Below, in pieces: positions 37,789-47,691 of a stretch of DNA of 64,000 bases. This DNA comes from an uncultured Chloroflexia bacterium (GTDB lineage Bacteria; Chloroflexota; Dormibacteria; Aeolococcales; Aeolococcaceae), in assembly GCA_963803165.1 (NCBI GenBank), contig CAWDLK010000001.1, positions 184,723 through 248,722 on the forward strand, written 5' to 3'. Numbering within the stretch: the first letter of the stretch is position 1; each line of letters begins with the position of its first letter. Both the position numbers and the translations under genes were made by a program. The notes under the pieces were generated by a model, which was not told the origin of the DNA, ran no database searches, and saw nothing but the letters and a program-made list of their open reading frames with translations.

Positions 37789-39858
37789 CTACCCTCCCGC
37801 GGCCGCCCTGAGCTGGGCGGCCAGCTCCGCCGGCTCCGCGGTCGGAGCCCGGCAGACGAAGCCCTCGCAGACGTAGGCCGCGGGGCGGCCACCGAGGAGG
37901 GGCCGGCCGGCGAGGAGGGGCACCGAGGCCGGCGGTCCCCAGGCGAGCACGCGGTACGGGTCACGGTGCCTCCACACCTCGCGCAGCAGCGCCCGGGTCG
38001 CCGCCTCGGCGGCGCTGCCGGCGATCGCCACCTCCCGTGACGGAGCCACGAGCTGGTCGAGCACGCAGGCGAGGCTGGCGAGGGCCAGCGGGACCCGGCC
38101 GACCGCCGCCGCCAGGGGGCGAACGATCTCGAGGGCGTGATCTCGCCAGCGGGCCTCACCGGTCAGCCCGGCCAGGCGAGCAAAGAGCTGCGCGGCCATC
38201 GACTGCCCGGCCGGCACGGGGTTGTCCTCGAGCCCGCGGGGCCGGACCAGCAGCGTCTCGGCATCGCTCGCGGTGTCGAAGTAGCCGCCGTCGGGGTCGC
38301 GGAAGCGGCGCAGGATCTCCTCGGCGAACCCGACAGCCTGCTCGTAGTAGTCGGGCTCCCCGGTGGTCTCGTAGGCGGCCAGCAGCCCGTCGCCGAGGCT
38401 GGCGAGGTCCTCCAGGAAGGCGCCGACCCCCACCGCGCCGTCCTTCCAGCTCCGGTGCAGCCGGCCCTCGACCACCAGCTCGCCGAGCAGGAATCCCGCG
38501 CAGTTGTGGACGATCTCGACATAATCGGGGCGCTCCAGGGCGGCCGCCGCCTCGGCGAAGGCCCGGAGCGCCAGACCGTTCCAGGCGGCGATCACCTTGT
38601 CGTCGCGCCCCGGGGCCACCCGGAGACGGCGAGACCCGAGCAGCCGGCGGCGGAGCTCCTCCACCCGCTCGGCGGCCTCGTCCGGGCTCACCCCCAGCTC
38701 CTCGGCGAGCTGCTCCGGCGAGAGGGCGGCGGAGAGCACGCTGCCGCCCCCATCGACGTTCCCCGCCTCCGACACCCCGAAGACGCGGCAGGCGAGACTC
38801 GCGTCCTCGGCGTCGCCGAGGACGGCGTGGACGTCGGCCGGAGCCCAGATGAAGTACCGGCCCTCCACCCCCTCGGAGTCGGCGTCCTGTGAGGAGGCGA
38901 AGCCGCCGCCGGGGAGGCGCATCTCCCCGGCCAGGTAATCGAGGGTCGCCTCCGCCGCCCGGCGGTATGCGGGGTCGCCGGTGAGCTGGTGGGCGTGCAG
39001 GTAGACGGCCGCCAGCTGCGCGTTGTCGTAGAGCATCTTCTCGAAGTGGGGCACCGCCCAGGCGGCGTCGACGCTGTAGCGGTGGAAGCCGCCGCCCAGC
39101 TGGTCGCAGATGCCCCCGCGCAGCATCCGGTCGAGGCTGAGACGGGCCAGCCCGGCCGCCGCCCCGGAGGCCGCGTCGGTGCCCGGGAGGCCGTGGCGCA
39201 GGAGCAGCTCGAGGGCGGCGGGATGGGGGAACTTGGGGGCGTCGCCGAAGCCGCCATGGTGCGGGTCACCGCGCTCGACGAGGCCGGCCACCGCCCTGCT
39301 CACCGTCTCCGGGGTCGGCTCCTCGCCGGCGGGCAGGGGGGGCGGAGCCAGCGCCAGCGAGATCTCCGCGGCGACCCGCTCCACGTCCGCGCGCCCCTGC
39401 CGGTAGGCGTCGTGGGCAGCTCGGAGCACGGCGGGGAAGCCGGGCAGGCCGCCACGCGCCACCGGGGGGAAGTAGGTGCCCCCGAAGTACGGCGCGCCAC
39501 CCGGGGTGAGGAAGACCGTCATCGGCCAGCCGCCCTGCCCGGTCATCGCCTGGACGGCCTGCATGTAGACCGCGTCGACGTCGGGACGCTCCTCCCGGTC
39601 GACCTTGACGCTGACGAAGAGCTCGTTCATCAGCGCGGCGATGCGGGGGTCCTCGAAGCACTCGTGGGCCATCACGTGGCACCAGTGGCAGGCGCTGTAC
39701 CCCACCGAGAGCAGGATCGGACGGTCCCTCTCCCGGGCGGCGCGCATCGCCTCCTCACCCCACGGGTACCAATCGACGGGGTTCTCCGCGTGCTGGCGGA
39801 GATAGGGGCTGGACTCGGCCGCCAGGCGGTTGGCCGGGCGGCGGGCGGGCTCAGCCAC
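37789..39858 (-). CDS. Thioredoxin-domain protein YyaL/SSP411 (DUF255)
   Basis: [50 protein letters not shown]. Confidence 0.95.
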   Translation of the reverse strand: MAEPARRPANRLAAESSPYLRQHAENPVDWYPWGEEAMRAARERDRPILLSVGYSACHWCHVMAHECFEDPRIAALMNELFVSVKVDREERPDVDAVYMQAVQAMTGQGGWPMTVFLTPGGAPYFGGTYFPPVARGGLPGFPAVLRAAHDAYRQGRADVERVAAEISLALAPPPLPAGEEPTPETVSRAVAGLVERGDPHHGGFGDAPKFPHPAALELLLRHGLPGTDAASGAAAGLARLSLDRMLRGGICDQLGGGFHRYSVDAAWAVPHFEKMLYDNAQLAAVYLHAHQLTGDPAYRRAAEATLDYLAGEMRLPGGGFASSQDADSEGVEGRYFIWAPADVHAVLGDAEDASLACRVFGVSEAGNVDGGGSVLSAALSPEQLAEELGVSPDEAAERVEELRRRLLGSRRLRVAPGRDDKVIAAWNGLALRAFAEAAAALERPDYVEIVHNCAGFLLGELVVEGRLHRSWKDGAVGVGAFLEDLASLGDGLLAAYETTGEPDYYEQAVGFAEEILRRFRDPDGGYFDTASDAETLLVRPRGLEDNPVPAGQSMAAQLFARLAGLTGEARWRDHALEIVRPLAAAVGRVPLALASLACVLDQLVAPSREVAIAGSAAEAATRALLREVWRHRDPYRVLAWGPPASVPLLAGRPLLGGRPAAYVCEGFVCRAPTAEPAELAAQLRAAAGG

Positions 39859-40183
39859 GGCGGCGCTGGGCCGCGCCCACGGCTCCCACCGCCGAGCAGC
39901 CGGCGGCCACCGCGGCGCAGAGGACCGCGGCCACCAGCAGGGGCCAGCCGCCTCCCCGCACCAGAGCGACGATGCAGAGCACGCCGAGCGCGGCCGTGAC
40001 CACCCCCGCCACCACCGCGAGGAGCAGGGTCGCCGGGGTCACCCAGGTAACCCGGAGGCTGCCGCTCGCCGGCCGGGAGAGCATCGCCACCATGAAGACG
40101 TCGGCAAGCGGGAGGGCCGCGAGTCCCCACCGCGGCAGGGCCGGCGGCGCGGCGTCGGGCACACGGGTCCATCGATTGGGCAT
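39851..40183 (-). CDS. Small membrane protein (about 3 TM)
   Basis: Hydrophobic segments; ATG 7 nt after TAGCCT; overlaps the yyaL-like start. Confidence 0.55.
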   Translation of the reverse strand: MPNRWTRVPDAAPPALPRWGLAALPLADVFMVAMLSRPASGSLRVTWVTPATLLLAVVAGVVTAALGVLCIVALVRGGGWPLLVAAVLCAAVAAGCSAVGAVGAAQRRRG

Positions 40184-40330
40184 GCCGCCGAGGCTAGCTC
40201 AGCGGGATCGATCGGCGACGCGACCCCCGGCGTTTGACATCGAACATGCGCGCCCCTCACCATGCGGGCAGCGATCCGGACCAATTCGCACCACGATCGA
40301 CCCACGGGCCGGACCGCACGACGGGGTTCC

Positions 40331-41236
40331 ATGGCGCCTGGCGGGGACAGGGAAGCCGGCGCTCTCGGCGCCGACGCAGCGCAGGGAGACGATGGCGCAG
40401 TCGTCACCCTCCGCCAGCTTCCCCAGGAGCTGCTGGGCGACCCGCTCTTTCTCCGGCGTTTCCGGACCGAGACCCCGATCGTGGCGCACCTCGACGGCAC
40501 CTACGTCGTGCGCACGCGCGCCTACGTGGAGGATGCGTTCGGCACCTCGCTGGTCACCGATTACGTGGAGGGCTGCTGCCTGCGCCGGCTGGTCGAGGTG
40601 GGCACGGTGCGCGACCCCGAGACGGCCCTGGTGGTGCTGCGGGACGCCCTGCTCGGGCTGGAGGCGGCGCACCGGGAGGGGATCCTTCACCGGGACCTCC
40701 GCCCCGAGAAGATCCTCGTCGACCGCGACGGGGTCGCGCGGGTGATGGACCTGGGCCTGGTCGCCCGCACCGCCGAGGGACGCTGGATCGCCGGGACCCC
40801 GGAGTACATGGCGCCCGAGCTCTGGCAGGGCGAGGAGGCGACCATCGAGTCGGACGTCTACGCCGCCGCGGTGGTGCTGGTCGAGTGCCTGACCGGCTCG
40901 CCGCCGTATCTCGGCGGCCCGGCGGTGCTCCGCGATCAGCACCTGCGCGCCCCGCTCCCCGGCCCGGAGCTCCTCCCCGAGGTGGCCCCGCTGGTGAGGT
41001 TCGGGATGGCCAAGTCACCCCACCAGCGCTACCTGCGGGCCTGGGACTTCGCGGAGGCGGTGGAGGGCGCGGGCCGGACCGTGGGCGGTCCGCACTGGGA
41101 GCGCCGCGGACGCCGCCGCCTCGCCACGGCGGTGGCCCTGGAGCTGGCCCAGCTCCCGGGGCACGACGCCTCCGAGCCCCACCGCGGGCTGATCGGCCGG
41201 GCGCGCTTCCGACGGAGGTCCCGGACCCAGCCCTAG
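40331..41236 (+). CDS. Hanks-type Ser/Thr kinase-like protein with degenerate motifs
   Basis: RRFRTE, HRDLRPEKIL, DLG, GTPEYMAPE, SDVYA; start uncertain (40331 or 40262). Confidence 0.8.
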   Translation: MAPGGDREAGALGADAAQGDDGAVVTLRQLPQELLGDPLFLRRFRTETPIVAHLDGTYVVRTRAYVEDAFGTSLVTDYVEGCCLRRLVEVGTVRDPETALVVLRDALLGLEAAHREGILHRDLRPEKILVDRDGVARVMDLGLVARTAEGRWIAGTPEYMAPELWQGEEATIESDVYAAAVVLVECLTGSPPYLGGPAVLRDQHLRAPLPGPELLPEVAPLVRFGMAKSPHQRYLRAWDFAEAVEGAGRTVGGPHWERRGRRRLATAVALELAQLPGHDASEPHRGLIGRARFRRRSRTQP

Positions 41237-41245
41237 GTGTATTTC

Positions 41246-42454
41246 CTAGGGCCGCGGGCGGGCCAGCGCCTCCCGGTACACCTCCACGGTCCGAGCCGCG
41301 ACCTCCCGCCAGGTGAAGCGCTCCAGCACCCGCCGCCGCCCGGCGGCTCCGAGGCGGGCGGCGAGAGGGGGGTCGGCCACCAGCTGATTGATCCTCTCGG
41401 CGAGGAGTCCCTCGAACTGCCGGGCCGCCGCCGGTCGGGAGGCGACCGCCGCGGGGTCACAGGGGACCAGGTAGCCCGTCTCGCCGTCGACCACGACCTC
41501 GGGTATGCCTCCCACCTCGCTGGCGACGACCGCCGCCCCGCAGGCCATGGCCTCGAGGTTGACGAGGCCGAAGGGCTCGTACACCGAGGGGCAGACGAAG
41601 ACCCTCGCGTGGCTCAGCAGCTGCACCAGCTCGCTGCGGGCGACCATCTCCTCCACCCAGACCACCGACGCTCCCGAGGCGAGCGCCGTGTCGTGGAGCG
41701 CCCGGACCTCTCCGGCGATCTCGGGGGTGTCGGAGGTCCCCGCGACCAGCACGAGCTGGGCCCGGCGGTCGATCTGCGCCGCGGCACGGAGAAGGTGGGA
41801 GAGCCCCTTCTGGCGGGTGATCCGTCCCACGAAGACGACCAGCGGACGGCCGGGATCGATGCCGCGGCGGAGCAGGGCGGCGTCCCCCCGGTCGGGGAGG
41901 TACTCCTCCGCGTCGATCCCGTTGTGGATGACGTGGACGCGCCCGGGGTCGACCGCCGGGTAGCAGCCGAGCAGGTCGGCGCGCATCGCCTCCGAGACCG
42001 TGATCACGGCGTCCGCCGCGAGGAGCGCGGTGCGCTCGCAGAAGAGCGAGAGGGCGTAGCCGCCACCGAGCTGCTCGGCCTTCCAGGGGCGCAGGGGTTC
42101 CAGGCTGTGGGTGGTGCAGACGTGGGGCACGTCCCAGAGGAGCTTGGCCAGGTGCCCGGCCAGGTTCGCGTACCAGGTGTGCGAGTGGACGAGGTCGACA
42201 CCGCCCAGGTCCCGGGCCATGGCCAGGTCGACGGACATCACCCCCAGCGCCGCGTCCTCGGGGCGCCCCTCCTCGAGCAGCTCCGCCCAGGGCCGGTAGG
42301 CGGCGGCCACCAGCGGCGACTCGCGGCGCTCGCCGAAGCAGTGCACCACCACCTCGACCTGGTGGGCCAGCTCCCGGGTCAGGTACTCGACGTGGACGCC
42401 CGCACCGCCGTACACCTCGGGAGGGTATTCGCGGGTGAGGACGCCGACCCGCAT
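41246..42454 (-). CDS. glgA: Glycogen synthase, actinobacterial GlgM type (maltose-1-phosphate synthase, GT4)
   Basis: LTREYPPEVYGGAGVHV, HSHTWY, HSLEPLRPWKAEQLGGGY, GRITRQKG, YEPFGLVNLEAMA. Confidence 0.93.
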   Translation of the reverse strand: MRVGVLTREYPPEVYGGAGVHVEYLTRELAHQVEVVVHCFGERRESPLVAAAYRPWAELLEEGRPEDAALGVMSVDLAMARDLGGVDLVHSHTWYANLAGHLAKLLWDVPHVCTTHSLEPLRPWKAEQLGGGYALSLFCERTALLAADAVITVSEAMRADLLGCYPAVDPGRVHVIHNGIDAEEYLPDRGDAALLRRGIDPGRPLVVFVGRITRQKGLSHLLRAAAQIDRRAQLVLVAGTSDTPEIAGEVRALHDTALASGASVVWVEEMVARSELVQLLSHARVFVCPSVYEPFGLVNLEAMACGAAVVASEVGGIPEVVVDGETGYLVPCDPAAVASRPAAARQFEGLLAERINQLVADPPLAARLGAAGRRRVLERFTWREVAARTVEVYREALARPRP

Positions 42455-43734
42455 CAACCGGCCGCCGGCCCCACGACCTGGCGCTTGGCGATCACCACCA
42501 CGCCGTTGGCGGAGACGGTGAAGCGGCGCGCGTCCTCCTCCGAGTCGCCGCCGATGACCGCGCCGGCGGGCACCACCACCTCCTTGTCGATGATCGCCCG
42601 GCGCACCGTGGCGCCGTCACCGACCTCGACCCCGTCGAGCAGGACGCTGCCCTCGACGGTCGCCCCCCGACTCACGCGCACCCCCGGCGAGAGCACGGAG
42701 CGGCGCACCGTGCCGCCGGAGACGATCACCCCCGGAGCCACGATCGAGTCCAGGGCCAGACCGCGGCGGCCCTCCTCGTCGAAGACGAACTTGGCCGGCG
42801 GCAGCGGCCCGTAGAAGGAGTAGATCGGCCACTCCAGGTTGTAGAGGCTGAACATCGGGACCACCGAGACCAGGTCCATCTGGGCGTCGTAGTAGGCATC
42901 CAGGGTTCCCACGTCGCGCCAGTAGCCGCGGTCCTGCTCGGTGCTCCCGGGGACGACGTTGCGCTCGAAGTCGTAGACCGCCGCCTCTCCGCGCTCGACC
43001 AGACGGGGGATGATGTCACCGCCGAGGTCGTGGCGGCTGGTCTGCCGCTCGGCGTCCTCGACCAGGGCGTCGATCAGGAGCGGGGCGGTGAAGACGTAGT
43101 TGCCCATCGAGGCGAGAGCGTGCCCCGGGTCGTCGGGGAGGCCGACCGAGGTCGTCGGCTTCTCGTGGAAGGCGGTGATCCGATCCCCCTCGCACTCGAT
43201 GATGCCGAAGGAGCTGACCTCCGCGGTGGGCACCTTGACCGCCGCCACGGTCACCCCGGCGCCGGTCGCGATGTGGTGGGCGAGCATCTGGCGGGGATCC
43301 ATGCGGTAGAGGTGGTCGGCTCCGAAGACCAGGACGTAGTCGGGCTTCTCGTCGCCGAGGAGGTTGAAGTTCTGGTAGATGGCGTCGGCCGACCCGGAGA
43401 ACCAGCGCGGTCCGCGGCGCATCTGGGCCGGGACCGGGGTGACGTAGCTGCCGAGGAGCGGCGAGAGCCGCCACGCCTGGCTGATGTGCCGGTCGAGGCT
43501 GTGGCTCTTGTACTGGGTCAGGACCGCGATCCGGGTGAACTCGGCGTTGACCAGGTTGCTGAGCACGAAGTCGATGAGCCGGTACACGCCGCCGATCGGC
43601 ACCGCCGGCTTGGCCCGATCCTTGGTGAGCGGCCAGAGCCGCTTGCCCTCGCCCCCGGCGAGGACGATGGAGAAGACCCGCGGCGGACGCCGCAGGGCGG
43701 CGGGATCCGCTGCCCGGGATCGGTGGTCTGCCAT
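42454..43734 (-). CDS. glgC: Glucose-1-phosphate adenylyltransferase
   Basis: [39 protein letters not shown]. Confidence 0.97.
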   Translation of the reverse strand: MADHRSRAADPAALRRPPRVFSIVLAGGEGKRLWPLTKDRAKPAVPIGGVYRLIDFVLSNLVNAEFTRIAVLTQYKSHSLDRHISQAWRLSPLLGSYVTPVPAQMRRGPRWFSGSADAIYQNFNLLGDEKPDYVLVFGADHLYRMDPRQMLAHHIATGAGVTVAAVKVPTAEVSSFGIIECEGDRITAFHEKPTTSVGLPDDPGHALASMGNYVFTAPLLIDALVEDAERQTSRHDLGGDIIPRLVERGEAAVYDFERNVVPGSTEQDRGYWRDVGTLDAYYDAQMDLVSVVPMFSLYNLEWPIYSFYGPLPPAKFVFDEEGRRGLALDSIVAPGVIVSGGTVRRSVLSPGVRVSRGATVEGSVLLDGVEVGDGATVRRAIIDKEVVVPAGAVIGGDSEEDARRFTVSANGVVVIAKRQVVGPAAG

Positions 43735-43778
43735 CTCCTGCGGGGATCATCGCAGACCGCAGACGGGGGCGGCGGCGG

Positions 43779-45050
43779 TCAGGCCGGCCGCGGAACCTCC
43801 AGGGGCTTGGGGGCGCGCGCCGAGCCGGGCACGGTGACCACCCCGAGCCCGGCCGCGGCGAAGGAGACGCCCGCCGCGGCGGCGAACGCGATCACCAGCC
43901 CGCCTCCGAGCAGCGGCCCGGCGGCGGCCGACCCGAGCGGGCTGCCCACGTAGTTGAGCGACATGCTGACCGCGAAGGCGCGCCCGTACCAGGCGGGGTC
44001 CGTCCTCCGCTGGCGCATCGAGAACATGCCGATGTCGATCGGACCGCCGGAGCCCCCGTAGAGGACCATCGCCAGGGCGGCGACCAGCACGTCGGGAGCG
44101 ACGGCGAGGACCAGCAGGGAGATCCCGGTCGCCATCATCCCGGCGACGATCAGCCTCAGCTCGCGTCCCTGGCTGCCGTGGTGGCCCAGCACCACGGCCA
44201 CGACACCGCCGGTCAGGGCGCTGAGCGCCCAGAGCGCCCCCACCACGGCGGCGTTCTGGTGCAGGTGGTCCAGCACCAGGACGGGGAGGCCGACGATCAG
44301 CACGCCGTTGGCGATGTTGGCGACCGAGAGGCTGACCGCCAGCCCGCGGAGGGTCGCGTTGCCGGCCACGTAGCGGAGGCCCGCCCAGGCCTCCTGGACC
44401 ACCGAGCGTGAGGAGCTGCGGCGTGTCACCGGCAGGGGGGCCATGCCCACCAGGGAGAGCGCCGCCACCACGAAGACGGCGGCGGTCGCCGCCAGAGCCG
44501 CCGGGCGGCTGACCAGGCCGGCGACCACGCCGGCGAGGGGGGCGCCGACCACCGCCGCGACGACGTAGCCGGCGCTGTCCACCGCGTTGGCCCGGTCCCA
44601 GAGCTGGCGGGGGACCAGCACCGGGAAGAGGGTCCGTGCCCCTGCGCTGCTCAGCGGGTTGGTCACCGACCCGATCGCCGCGAGCCCGATCAGCAGGCCC
44701 GCGCTCAGGGCGCCGGTGGTGGCGAGGATGACGATGAGCGTCATCAACGCGGCGGCCACCCAGTAGTCGAGCATGATGAGCTTGGCCCGCCCGCTGCGGT
44801 CGAGGAGGGCGCCGGTGAGGGGGCTGACCAGGATCCCGGGCAGGGCGCTGGCGAAGACGGTGGCGCCCGCGATCCCGGGTGAGTGGAAGCGCTGCAGGGC
44901 AAAGAGCACCAGGGCGACCGTCCACATCTGCCCGCCGATGCGTCCGAGCAGCGCCGCGAGGACGAGGCGCGGCAGCCCGCGGACATCGAGGAGGCTGCGG
45001 TAGCTGGGCGCGAGGGGGGCGTCGACGTTCGTGGAGATGCCTCTGGTCAT
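43779..45050 (-). CDS. MFS transporter
   Basis: GALLDRSGR motif A, about 12 TM segments. Confidence 0.85.
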   Translation of the reverse strand: MTRGISTNVDAPLAPSYRSLLDVRGLPRLVLAALLGRIGGQMWTVALVLFALQRFHSPGIAGATVFASALPGILVSPLTGALLDRSGRAKLIMLDYWVAAALMTLIVILATTGALSAGLLIGLAAIGSVTNPLSSAGARTLFPVLVPRQLWDRANAVDSAGYVVAAVVGAPLAGVVAGLVSRPAALAATAAVFVVAALSLVGMAPLPVTRRSSSRSVVQEAWAGLRYVAGNATLRGLAVSLSVANIANGVLIVGLPVLVLDHLHQNAAVVGALWALSALTGGVVAVVLGHHGSQGRELRLIVAGMMATGISLLVLAVAPDVLVAALAMVLYGGSGGPIDIGMFSMRQRRTDPAWYGRAFAVSMSLNYVGSPLGSAAAGPLLGGGLVIAFAAAAGVSFAAAGLGVVTVPGSARAPKPLEVPRPA

Positions 45051-45220
45051 CCGGTTCGGAGGGCGCGCCGAGGCCGTGATCTGCGATCGGGCTGTGGAGC
45101 ACGCCGGGTCGCGGCCCGAGGCGTGCTCCGCGACGCCGCCCACGGCCAGGGTACTCCGGAGGCCGGCGCCGGCGCGACCTGACCGGTGGTCGGCCCCCGG
45201 GCGGCCTCAGCCGGCCGGGC

Positions 45221-45730
45221 TCAGGGTTTCGCGGCCTCCCCGCACGCAGGCGTCTCGTCGGCCGGCGGCGCGCCGGCAGCTCGCTGGAGGAGTCCGACGA
45301 GGGTCGCGCACTCCTCGTCGCTGAGGCCCTCCAGGGCCCTGCCGACACCCACCCGCCACGCCGCCTCCTGCTGGGCCAGCAGCTCCCGTCCCCGCGGGCT
45401 CATGGCGACGCGGACCAGGCGGCGGTCGCCGGGATCGCTCAACCGCTCGACGAGCCCCAGCCTCACCAGCCGGTCGGCCATCTGGGTGGCGCTGCTCAGC
45501 GAGGCCGCCTCCAGGCGACCGGCGAGCTCCCCCATGGTGAGAGCGCCGCGCCGGGCGATGGCGTGGAGCGCCTGCATCTGCTGGACGGTGATCGCTCCCA
45601 TCTCGGCGTGCACTTCGGCGGGGAGAGATCGGGCGAGGCGGCGGCGCATCCTCGGCACCAGCTCGAAGAACTGCTCGATCAGCTCGGCGCGGGTGGGAGC
45701 CGGGGGGGTGGTGCCGGCGGTCGAGGTCAA
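45221..45730 (-). CDS. MarR family transcriptional regulator
   Basis: LTMGELA, ATQMADRLVRLGLVER..DPGDRR; GGAGGAGG RBS. Confidence 0.9.
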   Translation of the reverse strand: MTSTAGTTPPAPTRAELIEQFFELVPRMRRRLARSLPAEVHAEMGAITVQQMQALHAIARRGALTMGELAGRLEAASLSSATQMADRLVRLGLVERLSDPGDRRLVRVAMSPRGRELLAQQEAAWRVGVGRALEGLSDEECATLVGLLQRAAGAPPADETPACGEAAKP

Positions 45731-47691
45731 CTCACCTCCTCCAGCGCGTGGGCGAACTGGCTCGCGTAGAGGTCGTGGTAGAAGCCACGGCGCGACATGA
45801 GCTCGTCATGGCTCCCCTGCTCCACGATCCGCCCGGCGTTCATCACCACGATCTCGTCCGCGTTGCGGATGGTGGAGAGGCGGTGGGCGATCACGAAGCT
45901 GGTGCGTCCGTGGCGAAGGCGCGCCATCGCCTCCTGGATGAGCACCTCGGTCCTGGTGTCCACGTTGCTCGTGGCCTCGTCCAGGATCAGGATGGTCGGA
46001 TCGGCGAGGAAGGCCCGGGCGATGGTGAGGAGCTGCCGCTCCCCGGCGGAGATGTTGGACGCGTCGTCGTCCAGGACCGTGTCATACCCCTGCGGCAGCG
46101 TCCTGATGAAGTGGTCCGCGTGCGCGGCCTTGGCGGCCGCCACCACCTCGTCGTGGCTGGCTCCGCTCCTACCGTAGGCGATGTTGTCGCGGACGCTGCC
46201 GGCGAACAGCCAGGTGTCCTGCAGCACCATCCCGAACATGCCCCGGATGCTCTCGCGAGAGAGGTCGCGGGCATCGACCCCGTCCATGTAGATGTGCCCG
46301 GAGTCGATCTCGTAGAAGCGCATGAGGAGGTTCACGATGGTCGTCTTGCCGGCTCCGGTGGGGCCCACGATGGCCACCGTCTCACCCGGCCGCACGTCGA
46401 GGTCGAACTCCTGGATGAGCGGCTTGTCCGGGTGGTAGCGGAAGGAGACATTGTCCAGGACGACGTGACCCTGCGGGGTGGGCAGCACCGCCAGCGAGGG
46501 CCGCTCGGGCACCTGCTCGTCGGCGGCCAGGAACTCGAAGACCCGCTCGGCGGAGGCCAGCCCCGACTGCAGCATGTTCATCTGGCTGGCGATCTGCATG
46601 ATCGGGTTGGTGAACTGGCGGGAGTACTGGATGAAGGCCTGGATGTCGCCGAGCGAGATGTTTCCCGTCACCACCAGGTAGCCGCCGATGACCCCGATGG
46701 CGACGTAGTTCAGGTTGGAGAGGAACATCATCGCCGGCTGGATGATGCCGGAGAGGAACTGGGCCCGGAAGCTCGGCTCATAGAGAGCCTGGTTCTCGCG
46801 CCCGAAGTCGTCCAGCGTCCGCTGGGAGCGCCCGAAGACCTGGACCAGGGTGTGCCCGGTGTGGGTCTGCTCGACCAGGCTGTTGACCACGCCGGTGCGC
46901 TCCCACTGGGTGGTGAAGTGCCTCTGCGACCGGCGCGCGACCAGGAAGGTCACCCCGATCGACATCGGCACCATCACCAGCGAGATCAGCGCCAGCAGCC
47001 AGCTGATCGACAGCATCATGATCAGCACGCCGAGGATGGTGAGGATGGAGGTGAGCAGCTGGCTGAGGCCCTGCTGGAGGGTCGTGGTCACGTTGTCGAT
47101 GTCGTTGGTGACGCGGCTCAGCACGTCGCCGTGGGGGTGGCTGTCGAAGTACTGCAGAGGCAGCCGGGCCAGCTTGCCCTCCACGTCGCGGCGCATCCCG
47201 GAGACGGTCCGCTGCGCCACCCCGGCCATGATGTAGCCCTGACCCCAGCTCAGCACGGCGCCGAGCAGGAAGAGGACGGCCACGACACCGAGGTCGACGC
47301 CGAGCTGGTTGAACTGGATGCCCTGGCCCGGGGTCACGGTGGTGCCGGTCAGCATCTGCGCCAGCTGACCCTGGCCGTGAAGCCTCAGGTACGCCTCCGC
47401 CTGGGCCTGGCTGGTCCCCGCCGGGAGGCTCTTGCCGATCAGCCCGTCGAAGAGGACGTTGGTGGCGTTGCCGATGATCCGAGGCGCGGCGACCGTGAAC
47501 CCGACCCCCACCGAACCGATGGCGGCTGCGGCCGCGATCCACCACCGGTCGGGGCGGAGCCTCCCGAGGAGCTGGCGCAGGGCCCTGCCGAGATCCTTGG
47601 CCTTCTGCGGCGGCCCGCCTCCCATCATCCCGTGCGGGCCGCCGAACCCACCGCCTCTGCGCTGTCCGCGGCCCGGGCCGCGCGCCATCAT
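45727..47691 (-). CDS. Heterodimeric ABC exporter subunit (TMD + NBD)
   Basis: GPTGAGKT, ISAGERQ, ILDEATSNVD, IAHRLST. Confidence 0.95.
   Translation of the reverse strand: MMARGPGRGQRRGGGFGGPHGMMGGGPPQKAKDLGRALRQLLGRLRPDRWWIAAAAAIGSVGVGFTVAAPRIIGNATNVLFDGLIGKSLPAGTSQAQAEAYLRLHGQGQLAQMLTGTTVTPGQGIQFNQLGVDLGVVAVLFLLGAVLSWGQGYIMAGVAQRTVSGMRRDVEGKLARLPLQYFDSHPHGDVLSRVTNDIDNVTTTLQQGLSQLLTSILTILGVLIMMLSISWLLALISLVMVPMSIGVTFLVARRSQRHFTTQWERTGVVNSLVEQTHTGHTLVQVFGRSQRTLDDFGRENQALYEPSFRAQFLSGIIQPAMMFLSNLNYVAIGVIGGYLVVTGNISLGDIQAFIQYSRQFTNPIMQIASQMNMLQSGLASAERVFEFLAADEQVPERPSLAVLPTPQGHVVLDNVSFRYHPDKPLIQEFDLDVRPGETVAIVGPTGAGKTTIVNLLMRFYEIDSGHIYMDGVDARDLSRESIRGMFGMVLQDTWLFAGSVRDNIAYGRSGASHDEVVAAAKAAHADHFIRTLPQGYDTVLDDDASNISAGERQLLTIARAFLADPTILILDEATSNVDTRTEVLIQEAMARLRHGRTSFVIAHRLSTIRNADEIVVMNAGRIVEQGSHDELMSRRGFYHDLYASQFAHALEEVS

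Noticed and set aside
40240-40255. LexA box after TTGACA (TCGAACATGCGCGCCC)
   Set aside because: Only the left half-site GAAC matches; the GTTC half is absent.
41246-42454. GT4 glycosyltransferase as MshA completing a mycothiol pathway
   Set aside because: Motifs and coupling to glgC identify it as GlgM-type glycogen synthase.
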